Positions 20,078-29,060 of a stretch of 64,000 bases of DNA are shown here, piece by piece. The stretch lies in IMG/VR virus record IMGVR_UViG_3300028886_000034, positions 118,081 through 182,080 of that record, one strand, 5' to 3'. Both the position numbers and the translations under genes were made by a program. Position 1 is the first letter of the stretch. Each line of letters opens with the position of its first letter. The DNA is from a virus (lineage: Duplodnaviria > Heunggongvirae > Uroviricota > Caudoviricetes). The notes beneath the pieces are model-generated. The model was not told the DNA's origin, searched no databases, and saw nothing but the letters and a program-made list of their open reading frames with translations.

Positions 20078-21055
20078 TTGCCTATATTATTTAATGAACA
20101 GTTTGATTCTGTAGGTAATCCTCATCAAATATTAGAATCAACTACAAGAAATGGCGGACCTCAAGTTAGGATAAAGACAATATTACAAACATGTGATGAT
20201 GTCAATAAAAATAAAAGAATTTATCCTAAAGAAGTATTACAGAGAGCTGTTGAAAAAATCAGACCTATGATGGAACAGCATGCTCTTACAGGTGAATTAG
20301 ATCATCCAGTTCCATCTGGAGCATCAGAAACAGATTCCTATAGACATTTTGTTGTTTTATACCAGAATACTTCTCATATAATTGAGAATATTTATTTTGA
20401 GGGTAATAAGGTTATGGGAATAGTTAAGACTGCTTCTACTCAAAAAGGTAGAGATATGGCAGGACTTATTATGGATGGTGTACCTGTTGGATTTTCCTTA
20501 AGAGCAATGGGGGAATCTGAAGTAAATTCATCTGGAATAACTACTATTAAAGATCCTTTTGAGATGGTGACATATGACTGCGTGTCTAATCCTTCGCACA
20601 AGGAAGCCAGAATGCAGTCAAGAGTAAGTGAATCTCAAATAGTAGTTCCACCAGCTAAAGGTAAACTTCTTATGGAGAATACCTTTGGTGCTTTAACAAT
20701 GGATAGAACTGGTTTATTGTATAGTATTACAAAGAATAAGTCTAAGACATTGGATCAGAGACTTAGAGAACTTTCAGAAACTATTAATAATCTTAAACCA
20801 GATCCTGAAAAAGTTCAAGAAATGTTTAGAAAGAAATCAATAGTTGGTTTATTAGAGGCTTATTTAAATGATGATAAGAATGATGTCAGTAAATCTTATC
20901 ATAACAGTATGGTAGAATATCTTACTGATTATTTTGATGATAAAGATAAGAGAAAAACTAATAGGGATAAAGCAAGAAAAGATTTATTAAAGAAACATTT
21001 CAATATTGATACTGAAGATATTTGGAAGGATAGTTATAAAGACTATCTTAGTTAA
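20078..21055 (+). CDS. Prohead protease (T4 gp21-like)
   Basis: NKNKRIYP, GELDHP, SHII, GFSLRAMG and YDCVSNPS match gp21-type proteases; upstream of the MCP. Confidence 0.9.
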   Translation: MPILFNEQFDSVGNPHQILESTTRNGGPQVRIKTILQTCDDVNKNKRIYPKEVLQRAVEKIRPMMEQHALTGELDHPVPSGASETDSYRHFVVLYQNTSHIIENIYFEGNKVMGIVKTASTQKGRDMAGLIMDGVPVGFSLRAMGESEVNSSGITTIKDPFEMVTYDCVSNPSHKEARMQSRVSESQIVVPPAKGKLLMENTFGALTMDRTGLLYSITKNKSKTLDQRLRELSETINNLKPDPEKVQEMFRKKSIVGLLEAYLNDDKNDVSKSYHNSMVEYLTDYFDDKDKRKTNRDKARKDLLKKHFNIDTEDIWKDSYKDYLS

Positions 21056-21070
21056 ATAAGTATACTTATC

Positions 21071-21099
21071 TTGACAAGATTTAGGTATACAGTTAAAAT
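21071..21099 (+). promoter_or_regulatory. Sigma70/SigA-type promoter
   Basis: TTGACA-17 bp-TAAAAT. Confidence 0.6.
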
Positions 21100-21624
21100 A
21101 TTCATATAAAAGGTTAATCTCTTTTATAAGAGGTTCCTGCTGGCCTTCGGAAGTTTATATTCTGAGGGCCTTCTATATTACTTTTGGTTTATTGGGAGTT
21201 TAGGCCTTGTCTAACTTCCTTTAAATGTATAGAAACATACTTAAAAAGCATTAATGTTTTACTTGTGCAGAACATAATATGCTTTAAGAGTAAGTAAAAA
21301 TAATAGTTACAATAAGAGAATCTAATATTGATGCAAAGTAATTATCTATACTATTTTCAAAATAATTATTATCATTTAAAGTCATATAAATGAAGAAGAA
21401 GATCGAAGGACTTTAGTAGTGTAAGTAATTATGTAAACATTTTTATAAGATTTACTTTACTATTTTTATTGATTCTTAACAGTATGTTATTTATGCTCAA
21501 ATTAATGCAGTGTTATGTGATGTTAGCGAGTAATCATTTATTTTGATGTTACAATATGGTATGTTTAAAAAAATCTTAACTTAGTGTTTACTTTAATGTA
21601 AACTATTTTTGGAGGAATTTTCAA

Positions 21625-21898
21625 ATGGCAAATGATATTACTCGCGGCTTCTTAACTGAATCAGTTCATACTATGAATAAGATGGGCCTTGACCCTTATT
21701 CCAATTATAAAGAGATTTTAAGTGAGGATGCTCTTTTCAGCCACTATTCACAGTCTCTTGCTGAGGGTCTTGAAGGTGAGGTTAAGTCCTCATTCCTTAA
21801 TATGGCTGACCATATGCGTGGTTCTCTTGTTTCTGAGAGTACTGCTTATGGCTTTAGTCCTATTGCTCCCCTTACGCTTCCTATTTTCAGAAGGATGT
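21625..21898 (+). CDS. Major capsid protein (T4 gp23-like), exon 1 of 4; join(21625..21898,22189..23036,23356..23415,25282..25683), 527 aa
   Basis: GGAGG RBS. Ends LPIFRRM; splicing gives RRM-W-PQLVAREALTVLPM, matching the gp23 RRxxPxLxA...PM segment. Confidence 0.85.
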
Positions 21899-22188
21899 AG
21901 TAAAATTTGAGGCATGCATCCTAAAATTAATGCGAATTGCTGGAAAGTCCTAAAATTAAATATACTACAATGTATATAGTTAATAAATATTTAAATTGGA
22001 TAATCAGCAGGATATACTCTTATTAAAGAGAAATCTTCAACGACTAATTAAAGTTAACTAGTAATAGTTAAAACTTAAAGCACATTAACTCTATATAATA
22101 TAGAGATGATATAGTCTAATTGTATTCTTTATATAATGAAAATTAAATATCAGCTTATTTAATAAGTTATTAAAGTTGATGAATACAG
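21899..22188 (+). ncRNA. Group I intron 1 in MCP (290 nt, no ORF)
   Basis: Core: GAATTGCTGGAAA 21934, AATCAGCAGG 22002, TTCAACGACTA 22036, GATATAGTCT 22108. P1: exon GGATGT / GCATCC 21916 (U-G). P10: TGAGGC / exon-2 GCCTCA. P9.0: TGTATTC / GAATACA, then terminal G. Confidence 0.92.
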
Positions 22189-23036
22189 GGCCTCAGTTAG
22201 TTGCCCGCGAAGCTCTTACAGTCCTTCCCATGGACAAGCCCGAAATTGCTAAGAGCTTTATGAGAATTGTTGCCACTGTTGGTGGTAACGAGGTGGAAAT
22301 GCCCAACAACCGTGTTAGTGTTTCGACCGGTCAGGCATTTGGTGAATTGGGCCTCAATGTTGACATCGAGCCCATCAATGTTGTTATTTCAGGTAGCGGC
22401 GATCATATCCATCGTCTTGACCTTCTTGATCATATGAGCAATAGAGCTGGTCAGCCTGGTAAGTTCAATCCTACCAATGCTCACATTACTTCTGCTGATT
22501 TCGCCATTGTTGGCGTTACTCGCAGTGACGGTAAGGAAATTGATATCCATGTTGAGCCTGAAGACAGTGGCGCTTTTAGCTTTGCTGTTGAGTGCGATGG
22601 TATTGAGGATATCGTTTCTGGTAATATCAATTATACGACTGGTGTCTTCTCAATTTCTTCGACTCGTGAACATGCCAGTGGCGTGAAGGTTGAAAGTGTC
22701 CGTATTGTTGGTTCAATGACTCAGGCCGAGGAGATGTACGCTAATAAGGTTCACCTTAAGAATACATACGTTAAGTTCCGCGCCGAAGACATCGAGATTC
22801 AGACTGACTGGACGATCCAGGAAGAGCAGGACTATAAGGCCTACTTCGACATCGACATCCAGACTCAGCTTGTTGACCATATGGGTAAGATTATTGCTAT
22901 GGATATCGACCGTCGAATCCTTAATAAGCTTATTCGTGAGACTGAGCTTTTCAATCCTACCTCCTGTGGTAATGGCACCAGTGATGCCGATAGATTTACG
23001 TTTGATCGTAGACCTATGGCTAACTTTGCTTGGGGT
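22189..23036 (+). CDS. Major capsid protein exon 2 of 4
   Basis: Contains TDWTIQEEQDYKAYFDIDIQTQLVDHMGKIIAMDIDRRIL, comparable to the gp23 'wt.E.aQDl.a.hg.D.e.el...l..ei..eI.reil' region. Confidence 0.9.
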
Positions 23037-23355
23037 ACTTTTGTGCTCACTTTATAGAGTAATCTATAATGAAATCAAATATGAAATGCTGGAAGGTCCT
23101 TAGAGTCAAGTAAACTAAAAGTTGTTTAAAGCTAAATGTTGATAATTACTTGAATTGGATAATCAGCAGGATTAAATGAAAACTATAAATAAAGGTTAGT
23201 TATATTTTAATCTTCAACGACTACTTGTGTAAGACATGCTTATATGTTAAGCCAATGTCTGATGTTTATTTACCCTATAAAATATATTATGAATTTTAGG
23301 GATAAGATATAGTCTATAGTCCTTTTAATAAGTTACTAAAGTAGCTGTGGACTAG
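23037..23355 (+). ncRNA. Group I intron 2 in MCP (319 nt, no ORF)
   Basis: Core: AAATGCTGGAAG 23084, AATCAGCAGG 23161, TTCAACGACTA 23213, AAGATATAGTCT 23304. P9.0: TAGTCC / GGACTA, then terminal G. P1 is short (GGGT / GCTC). Frame is restored. Confidence 0.88.
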
Positions 23356-23415
23356 CCTAAAGAATGGAATAATCAAATCGTTGTTAAGCTCAACGATTTA
23401 AGTGCTAAAATTTAT
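23356..23415 (+). CDS. Major capsid protein exon 3 of 4 (60-nt micro-exon, PKEWNNQIVVKLNDLSAKIY)
   Basis: Not in the ORF track. Open frame between the intron 2 terminal G and the intron 3 P1 (exon AAATTTAT / GTAGGTT). Confidence 0.85.
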
Positions 23416-23883
23416 CAAAAAGTAGGTTAACTTCCTACTGTCAAGGTAAGCATATTGAGAAATCAGTATGTAGTGGTTTAATTCTTTCATATTCAATTAA
23501 ACTCCCTATCACCTGAATTGCTGGAAACTCTTAATAGTTAGTAAAACTACAACATAAATATGAAATATGGTTATATGTTAATGTTATGAAAATATAAAAA
23601 ATTTACTAAATAGTATAAGGTTAAACCCTAAGTACTTTTTTATTGCAATAGACAACCAGCATCTAAGTCCGAACAGGAAAAAGTTCAACGACTATCCCCC
23701 CTAAGGGGAGTACACTCAAGTGAGTGGAAGTGGGTGAATCCAAACAGGTAATGCTGTGGAATGAGATATAGTCTGTGCTTTAGCGAAAACTAAAGAAGGC
23801 TATTGTATATAGCCTGTGAGAAATTGACGACTTCTCATGAACAAAAACCTCTATAAATTAATTAAAGAAAATTATTGATCCTC

Positions 23884-23911
23884 TTGACTAAATGGATTTG
23901 AATGGTATACT
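23884..23911 (+). promoter_or_regulatory. Intron-internal sigma70-type promoter for tnpB
   Basis: TTGACT-16 bp-TATACT with a TG extension, then AAAGGAGG RBS at 23941. Confidence 0.55.
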
Positions 23912-23957
23912 TCTGGGTATAGAAGTTCAAATCTTTATAGAAAGGAGGATAACTAGA

Positions 23958-25235
23958 ATGAAACGAACAATTAAGCAGCGACTTAAACATCTTACTAAAG
24001 ATGAGTATTTGATTTTAAAAGAACTTACACACGAAGCTAAAAACATAGTTAATGAAGCTATTTATTTGAAGAGGCAGCATTTTTTTAATACTGGTTTATA
24101 TCTAGATGACAAAATGACTAGGAAACAAATGGAAGATAATCCTAGTTATAGGATCTTGAATTCTAATATGAGCCAACAGATTATTAAAAAAGTTGATTTA
24201 ATGTTTAAATCGTTTTTTGGATTGTTGAAAGCTAAAAAGTCTGGGAAAGTATCTTCTGATAGAAAAATACATATGCCAAGATATTTGGATAAAAATGGAT
24301 ATTATACGCTAATTATTCAAGAAGTTCCAAAATTCGAAAATAATAAATATTATGTGCCTTATACGTGGAAGTTTTCAAAAACTCATAAAAGAATAGCTAT
24401 TAAATTACCTTTAACTTTGGTTAATAAAAAAGATATGATAAAAGAAATTAGAATTGTTCCAAGGTATAATGCTAAGTTTTTCGAAGTACATTATGTGTAC
24501 AATATCGAAGAGACACAACCTCAAATTAATTTTGACTTATCAAAAGTATTAGCAATTGACCTAGGGATAAATAATTTTGCTACCTGTGTAACTACAGAAG
24601 GTAAATCATTTATTATTGATGGTAAAAAAATGAAAAGTTATAATCAATGGTATAATAAAAGAAATGCTATTCTTAGTGGGATTAAGGATAAACAAAAATT
24701 TGGAAATGACTTAACTAAGCAACAGATTTGTCTTACCTTAAAAAGAAATAATCGAATATTGGATTATATTAGTAAAGCTTCTAAGTATATTATTAATTAT
24801 TGTATTTCTAATAAAATAGGTACAATTATTTTAGGGTATCGTGAAGACTTTCAAGATAAGTTCAATATAGGAGTAAAAAACAACCAAATTTTTGGGTATA
24901 CACCTTTTGGGCAGTTTAAGTTTAAATTAGAATATTTATGTGATGAAGTTGGTATTAGCTTAATAATCCAAGAAGAGAGTTATACATCTAAAGCATCTTT
25001 TTTAGATAACGATGATATTCCTATATATGATAAAAACAATCTCCTTGAATACTCTTTCTCAGGGAGACGCATTAAAAGAGGATTATATAAATCTGCTAAG
25101 GGTATATTAATTAATGCTGATGTTAATGCTGCATTTAATATTCTTCGTAAAAGTAAGATTGTGCCTAACGAAATTGTTAGACTATATTCTAGTGGTGCTC
25201 TGAGCACACCTGTAAGAATAAGGCTACATCAATAG
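23958..25235 (+). CDS. tnpB: TnpB RNA-guided endonuclease (IS200/IS605-type, no C-terminal Zn-finger cysteines), intron-encoded
   Basis: RuvC-I LAIDLGINN, QEESYTSKASFLD, RuvC-III INADVNAAFNILRK, C-terminal TPVRI. Start moved to the ATG after AAAGGAGG (track start 23892). Confidence 0.92.
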   Translation: MKRTIKQRLKHLTKDEYLILKELTHEAKNIVNEAIYLKRQHFFNTGLYLDDKMTRKQMEDNPSYRILNSNMSQQIIKKVDLMFKSFFGLLKAKKSGKVSSDRKIHMPRYLDKNGYYTLIIQEVPKFENNKYYVPYTWKFSKTHKRIAIKLPLTLVNKKDMIKEIRIVPRYNAKFFEVHYVYNIEETQPQINFDLSKVLAIDLGINNFATCVTTEGKSFIIDGKKMKSYNQWYNKRNAILSGIKDKQKFGNDLTKQQICLTLKRNNRILDYISKASKYIINYCISNKIGTIILGYREDFQDKFNIGVKNNQIFGYTPFGQFKFKLEYLCDEVGISLIIQEESYTSKASFLDNDDIPIYDKNNLLEYSFSGRRIKRGLYKSAKGILINADVNAAFNILRKSKIVPNEIVRLYSSGALSTPVRIRLHQ

Positions 25236-25281
25236 TAAACTTCTTACAAATTAATAATTTCTTTAATTATTAAGAGTTCAG

Positions 25282-25683
25282 GTTGACACGAATATGACCC
25301 AGCCCAATGTCCTTATCGCCAATCCTCTTGATCTGGCTTTATTCAAGAATACCTCTGACTATAAGTTTGAGGGCGATATCAAGGGCGGTGAGTACGGGGA
25401 GACTCCTGTTGCCGGTACACTTAACGACACCTGGAAGGCTCTTAGTACTCCTCTTATGCCTCAAGGTAAGATCCTTGTTCTTATCAAGCCCACTGATGAG
25501 GCTAACGCAGTGTTTGTCTATGCTCCTTATAAGCCCCTTGTTGTTTCGCCTTGGCCTCTTGGTCGTATTCCTTCGATGACCTTTATCAGCCGCTTTGCTA
25601 CGAGATTCATTCGTAGAGAGGGTGTTGGTATCCTTCGTGTCATCGGTGGAGAGAATGGCGGTTTCTATGGTGCTCGTGGCTAA
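25282..25683 (+). CDS. Major capsid protein exon 4 of 4
   Basis: VDTNMTQPNVLIANP...FVYAPYKP...TFISRF resembles the gp23 C-terminus (N.ii.sp, yAPY, f.tRY). Confidence 0.9.
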   Translation, partial: VDTNMTQPNVLIANPLDLALFKNTSDYKFEGDIKGGEYGETPVAGTLNDTWKALSTPLMPQGKILVLIKPTDEANAVFVYAPYKPLVVSPWPLGRIPSMTFISRFATRFIRREGVGILRVIGGENGGFYGARG

Positions 25684-25723
25684 TAGAAATTAGTACAGCA
25701 ATAAGAAATAGACAAATATAATT

Positions 25724-25765
25724 AAAAAAAAAACTACTATCCTCATAAGAGGGTAGTAGTTTTTT
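25724..25765 (+). terminator. Intrinsic terminator after MCP
   Basis: AAACTACTATCCTC-ATAA-GAGGGTAGTAGTTTTTT. Confidence 0.85.
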
Positions 25766-25871
25766 AATATATAAAACATACATATCGGCAATTTTTATAT
25801 TTTTTGCCGATATGTATACTGTTATTTCTAAAGTTCAATAGCAATATATAATGCAAATACTTCTTCAGGGT

Positions 25872-26372
25872 TTATTGAGGTATACCCTCACTAAATGCTA
25901 ACGATTTACCTCTAAATCTAATATCATTAGTAACTTCCTTACCAAACCAATATGGTGGTATAAACTTTTTAGATTCTGATATATTTGGAAACTCTACTTC
26001 TACTAAAACTAATCCTTTTAATTTACCTTTATAGATATGAATTACTGAATTAACACCTCTTAATGGAAGTAATGTTTGCGTTAAGCTTCCTTTAGATACT
26101 TTGTGCAAAGATTTCCATTCATCAGGGTCTAATTGTTTAATTACTTCTGTTCGGATCATTCCGTTTCCAATTTTAATAGCCATATCATATTTAAGTTTTT
26201 TGCCCTCAATAAATTCAATTTTTCTTGTCCTTAATTCGCCTTGGCCATCTAAAAGTATATAATCTTGAGTTACTGTTATAGCTAATTTAGGCAATATTTT
26301 AACTTCTTCAAAAGAAGGCATTTCTTTAACTATCCAAGTTCTTTCTATTTCTTGTCCCGACTTTAATGGCAT
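25872..26372 (-). CDS. CYTH-domain (triphosphate tunnel metalloenzyme) protein
   Basis: N-terminal EIER, LRTR, LVEVEF and C-terminal WFGKEVT are typical of CYTH proteins. Confidence 0.8.
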   Translation of the reverse strand: MPLKSGQEIERTWIVKEMPSFEEVKILPKLAITVTQDYILLDGQGELRTRKIEFIEGKKLKYDMAIKIGNGMIRTEVIKQLDPDEWKSLHKVSKGSLTQTLLPLRGVNSVIHIYKGKLKGLVLVEVEFPNISESKKFIPPYWFGKEVTNDIRFRGKSLAFSEGIPQ

Positions 26373-26427
26373 AATATAACCTCCTTTGTAGGATTGTTTG
26401 TATTCATTAATTTGTTCAGGATTAAGT

Positions 26428-26487
26428 AAAAAGAAACCAGTTTCACCATATCGTTTTTGCGATACTCTGTTTCAGGTTTCTTTTTTT
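26428..26487 (-). terminator. Probable terminator hairpin
   Basis: AAAAAGAAACC...GGTTTCTTTTT inverted repeat. Confidence 0.55.
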
Positions 26488-26495
26488 AGTTCTTA

Positions 26496-26771
26496 TTACA
26501 ACTTATACACATCACCGGCGCATTCGCACCTTTTCAGGTCTTCAGCGTCGTAGATGTGGTCATTGGTATATGCTACTTCGGATACGATAATATCCGAAAT
26601 AACAATACCATCTTCGCCACATAGTGTGGCTTCAAGAATCCGCTGAGGAAGATTGTTAACTTCCTCCTCAGCGGTAGCTCTGATAGCTGAAGATGCTGTC
26701 CAGCTATCCTCATCATAGAAGCTCCCATAATGGGAGACTTCCGCGTGGATGCAGAAAAGTTTTTTGGTCAT
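26496..26771 (-). CDS. Hypothetical protein
   Basis: 91-aa ORF with GAGGAGG RBS; higher GC than its surroundings. Confidence 0.65.
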   Translation of the reverse strand: MTKKLFCIHAEVSHYGSFYDEDSWTASSAIRATAEEEVNNLPQRILEATLCGEDGIVISDIIVSEVAYTNDHIYDAEDLKRCECAGDVYKL

Positions 26772-26773
26772 GG

Positions 26774-27193
26774 TTATCGTACCTCCTCTTTAACCATACA
26801 CTGTTTCTCCTGATTCCAAACCAACTCTGGAAAAGCCTTCAATGTCACTGGAGATTTTACACCCCAGTTCTTCCACGGTTCTTCAAAGAGCCACCTTGTC
26901 ACACCGTCTTCCGGGGTGGACGGCTTCGTTTTCTTTTTCCTTTTGGAGACTTTTTTGAACGCATCTCCAAAACAGGTAGAGATGATGCTTCTATCTCGAA
27001 GAAATAACTTTTTATTGCTGCTATTATTTTCCCCATAGAATTTCTGTAAAATTATTTCTGTGGGGATTCCACCAAGCCCTCGGTAAAACTCTTGGTTCTC
27101 GACCATAAAACGCATCAGGTCGAAAACCCGAAGGACTGGTACTGACGCGACATTTCTATTACCTGCCATGTTATCATCCTCCAATATATTCAT
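26774..27193 (-). CDS. Hypothetical protein
   Basis: 139-aa ORF; may start at the downstream ATG (MAGNR) after GGAGG. Confidence 0.6.
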   Translation of the reverse strand: MNILEDDNMAGNRNVASVPVLRVFDLMRFMVENQEFYRGLGGIPTEIILQKFYGENNSSNKKLFLRDRSIISTCFGDAFKKVSKRKKKTKPSTPEDGVTRWLFEEPWKNWGVKSPVTLKAFPELVWNQEKQCMVKEEVR

Positions 27194-27313
27194 AAAAATA
27201 ACATCAGATCCATTCTGACAAGCGAAAGACAGTTATAATAATATATATACAAGATTAAGTCTGAACAAATATAGAGACTAACTAAATTTATTGAAAGAGG
27301 TTGGTGATGGAAA

Positions 27314-27832
27314 ATGAGATATAGATTGATATTAAAAGAAGAAGCAGAACTGAAGAAACAACTGATATATCATATTAGTGGTGATTCAAATTTAGATAAA
27401 ATTATAATGAAACCTAGGGTACCAGATCAACCTATACAGGGAGAAGATAATAAAACTCCAAGGATTTCATTTGCTAAAACTATAGATGGCTGTTTAGCAG
27501 GTATATTCCCAATACATCCTGGTACAGATTTAGATGATCCTAGATATACAGAGTATCCAAATGGATATGATTTTTATGTGTATACACCAATAGGTAAGTA
27601 TACATCCGTTAGTAATGAAGATATTATAAAAAGAAGATTAGTTCCAGATGCAGGATTAAGTAAAGAAGTTTGGGTTACTTCACCTATCAAAGTTAAAAAG
27701 ATAGGTAAAATACACGTAGAACCATTTAATCCTAAGACTGCTAAAACTTTTGTGTATACTATGTATTTTAAAGATCATACTAAAAAGGGGCTTGGCATAA
27801 AGTTTAAATGGAAATGGGTGGATAAGACATGA
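27314..27832 (+). CDS. Putative internal head protein (MRYRLILKE leader); possible ADP-ribosyltransferase-like fold
   Basis: Shared leader. YHIS...RISFA...EVW spacing is reminiscent of ART catalytic strands (inference only). Confidence 0.6.
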   Translation: MRYRLILKEEAELKKQLIYHISGDSNLDKIIMKPRVPDQPIQGEDNKTPRISFAKTIDGCLAGIFPIHPGTDLDDPRYTEYPNGYDFYVYTPIGKYTSVSNEDIIKRRLVPDAGLSKEVWVTSPIKVKKIGKIHVEPFNPKTAKTFVYTMYFKDHTKKGLGIKFKWKWVDKT

Positions 27833-28491
27833 GTAGAATTACTTATCATTACTTATTAAATGGATCTATGTTACAAGGTAATTATATTTATGATTCTATG
27901 CATCTTCTAAATAAGTCTTTACAGAATAGAGTTTGGTCTGGATATATTACCGATAGAACCAAGAAAATAATGTCTATCTATTCTGATCCAGATACACCAG
28001 ATAATAAAAAAGAATGGGCCAACCAGATGTTAAATAAATTGAAGAATGCAAATACTCCTAAAGATAAAATGAATATCTTGTTTAGTGATAGTTATAATAG
28101 AATGGGTTTAGAAAAAATATTAGGTAAACCATATTTTGGAGTATGGGGAATACACACTACTCCTGCAGATTTATTTGGAGTTGACCCTAGGTATAAAGTT
28201 AGATTAAAGATTGATTGTGATGTGATAGACCCAGATTGTATTATTATTAAAGTTAGTACGGGTAATTATTCTAAATTTAGTAGAAGTATGGATAAAGCAT
28301 ATTTTAAATATTCTCCTAGTATATATGATAAATATTGTAAACCATTTCAAACTAATGAAACTGATGATATAGTAAAAGATGCATATGATAGAGGGCCTAT
28401 TAGAACAGTATCTTCATCAGTTCCAGATATAATTTTCTTTTTACCAAGGATTAAATTTAATCAAGAAGATATTGAGGTGTATAAGAAATGA
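27829..28491 (+). CDS. Hypothetical protein, tandem paralog A
   Basis: MSRITYHYLLN, LGKPYFGV.G..TTPADL and IFLPRIKFNQEDIE are shared with the next gene. Confidence 0.75.
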   Translation: MSRITYHYLLNGSMLQGNYIYDSMHLLNKSLQNRVWSGYITDRTKKIMSIYSDPDTPDNKKEWANQMLNKLKNANTPKDKMNILFSDSYNRMGLEKILGKPYFGVWGIHTTPADLFGVDPRYKVRLKIDCDVIDPDCIIIKVSTGNYSKFSRSMDKAYFKYSPSIYDKYCKPFQTNETDDIVKDAYDRGPIRTVSSSVPDIIFFLPRIKFNQEDIEVYKK

Positions 28492-29060
28492 GTCATATAA
28501 CTTATCATTATCTTTTAAATAAAACGAATAAAACTGCTACTAATAATAGTATGGATTTAAAGGGGAACTATTTGTATGATTTGAATTGTAACCCAGATAA
28601 GAAGAAACAAGAGATAATTTATAAAGGTTATCTAGATCAATTTTTATCTAGTGCTCCTGAAGAACTTGTTAAATTATGTAAGCAAAGAAAAAGCTTAAAG
28701 GATCAAGTTAATTTTTGGTTTGAAATGGGCTATAAGAAAAATTTTGAAAAAGTATTAGGTAAACCTTATTTTGGGGTATTTGGGCTATACACAACTCCTG
28801 CTGATTTATTAACAACTTGTTATAGATTAAAAATAGATTTAGATACAATAGATCCAGATGTATTAGTTATTAGATTTGGTAATGGAAATTACAAATACAA
28901 TGAATCTAATTGGAATAAATATTGTAAACCATTTATACACAATAAAGAAAAATCTTTAGAGTTTGTAAAGAAGGGTTCTTTTAAAGTTCTTCCATCTATA
29001 GTTATATTTTTACCAAAGTTAAAATTTAATAAAGAAGATATTGAGGAGTATAACCCATGA
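28488..29060 (+). CDS. Hypothetical protein, tandem paralog B
   Basis: MSHITYHYLLN, LGKPYFGVFGLYTTPADL, IFLPKLKFNKEDIE. Confidence 0.75.
   Translation: MSHITYHYLLNKTNKTATNNSMDLKGNYLYDLNCNPDKKKQEIIYKGYLDQFLSSAPEELVKLCKQRKSLKDQVNFWFEMGYKKNFEKVLGKPYFGVFGLYTTPADLLTTCYRLKIDLDTIDPDVLVIRFGNGNYKYNESNWNKYCKPFIHNKEKSLEFVKKGSFKVLPSIVIFLPKLKFNKEDIEEYNP

Larger units (their letters stand above)
23416..25281 (+). mobile_element. Group I intron 3 in MCP carrying tnpB (IStron-like, no tnpA)
   Basis: Core: GAATTGCTGGAAA 23515, AACCAGCA 23654, GTTCAACGACTA 23683, GAGATATAGTCT 23763. P3 TCACC / GGTGA; P7.1/P7.2-like hairpins. tnpB lies 3' of the core. Subterminal hairpin 25251-25273; ends TTCAG. Confidence 0.9.

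Noticed and set aside
22176-23057. Track ORF termini 22176, 23057, 25294 and 37965 as real starts or stops
   Set aside because: They fall inside introns or downstream of the predicted splice junction; exon boundaries were used instead.
21625-25683. Reading the MCP as a pseudogene broken by an IS605 insertion
   Set aside because: Complete group I cores, P1/P9.0/P10 pairings and exact frame restoration indicate splicing, not decay.
26693-27007. Plus-strand ORF 26693-27007 and other short ORFs overlapping longer genes (e.g. 263-529, 2247-2483, 24980-25207, 34583-34870, 60450-61277, 62642-62962)
   Set aside because: They overlap better-supported genes on the opposite strand or in another frame and lack an RBS or recognisable motifs.
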